Origin: Methylococcaceae bacterium | GTDB lineage: Bacteria; Pseudomonadota; Gammaproteobacteria; Methylococcales; Methylomonadaceae | Assembly (NCBI GenBank): GCA_049296695.1 | Contig: JBAQSX010000061.1 | Coordinates: forward strand, 1-64,000 | Direction of reading: 5' to 3' | DNA: 64,000 nt | Shown here: positions 63,838 through 64,000 of the stretch, piece after piece | How positions within the stretch are numbered: the first letter of the stretch is position 1 | Layout of the letters: every line of letters starts with the position of its first letter | Translations under genes and position numbers: made by a program | Notes under the pieces: generated by a model | Database searches by the model: none | What the model was told of the DNA's origin: nothing | The model's input: only the letters and a program-made list of their open reading frames with translations

Positions 63838-64000
63838 AAAAGTTAATTAAAGTTTGCAAGTTTTTAAAACCAGCAAGGTCTATTAGACTTGTTGCGATAT
63901 TAAAAAACAATCAGTTAGAGAGATTAAAGTTCCAAAGCCCCGCACAGACTCCTACGATGTTATCATATAAATCAATAAGATGAATTCTTAATCTATCGAC

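Overview
This ~64 kb window is a low-GC (roughly 38-40%, AT-rich intergenic regions) gammaproteobacterial chromosome segment. The gene content looks like a microaerophilic, possibly sulfur-oxidising Thiotrichales/Beggiatoaceae-like organism, with hemerythrins, Uma2 nucleases, Na+-NQR and a caa3 oxidase, but that taxonomic call is inference only. The backbone is housekeeping and energy metabolism. It comprises ald, the complete nqrABCDEF operon, gloA, surE, alr, gcvR-bcp, rph/yicC, a caa3-type cytochrome oxidase operon (coxB-coxA-small ORF-ctaG-coxC) with an adjacent bacteriohemerythrin, greA and carA/carB. Several accessory modules are interleaved with this backbone. A McrBC-like two-gene system has a GTPase subunit carrying a ~500-aa N-terminal extension with a long coiled coil, which makes it look CoCoNuT-like. 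A ~4.1 kb defense islet is inserted between carA and carB, which are normally adjacent; it carries a Uma2 nuclease, a PARIS-like AriA/AriB pair, an MNT/HEPN toxin-antitoxin pair and a small ORF. A terminator-flanked cassette pairs a HEPN-like protein with an unknown 255-aa protein. A Wsp-like chemosensory operon (REC-REC-GGDEF, MCP fused to a C-terminal hemerythrin domain, CheA-REC hybrid with two HPt domains, CheW, CheB, CheR) plausibly couples O2 sensing to c-di-GMP. Two families of miniature inverted-repeat elements (MITEs) are present, one copy nested inside another and one apparently disrupting the 5' end of a small RHH-antitoxin-like gene. No rRNA, tRNA or CRISPR arrays were recognised.
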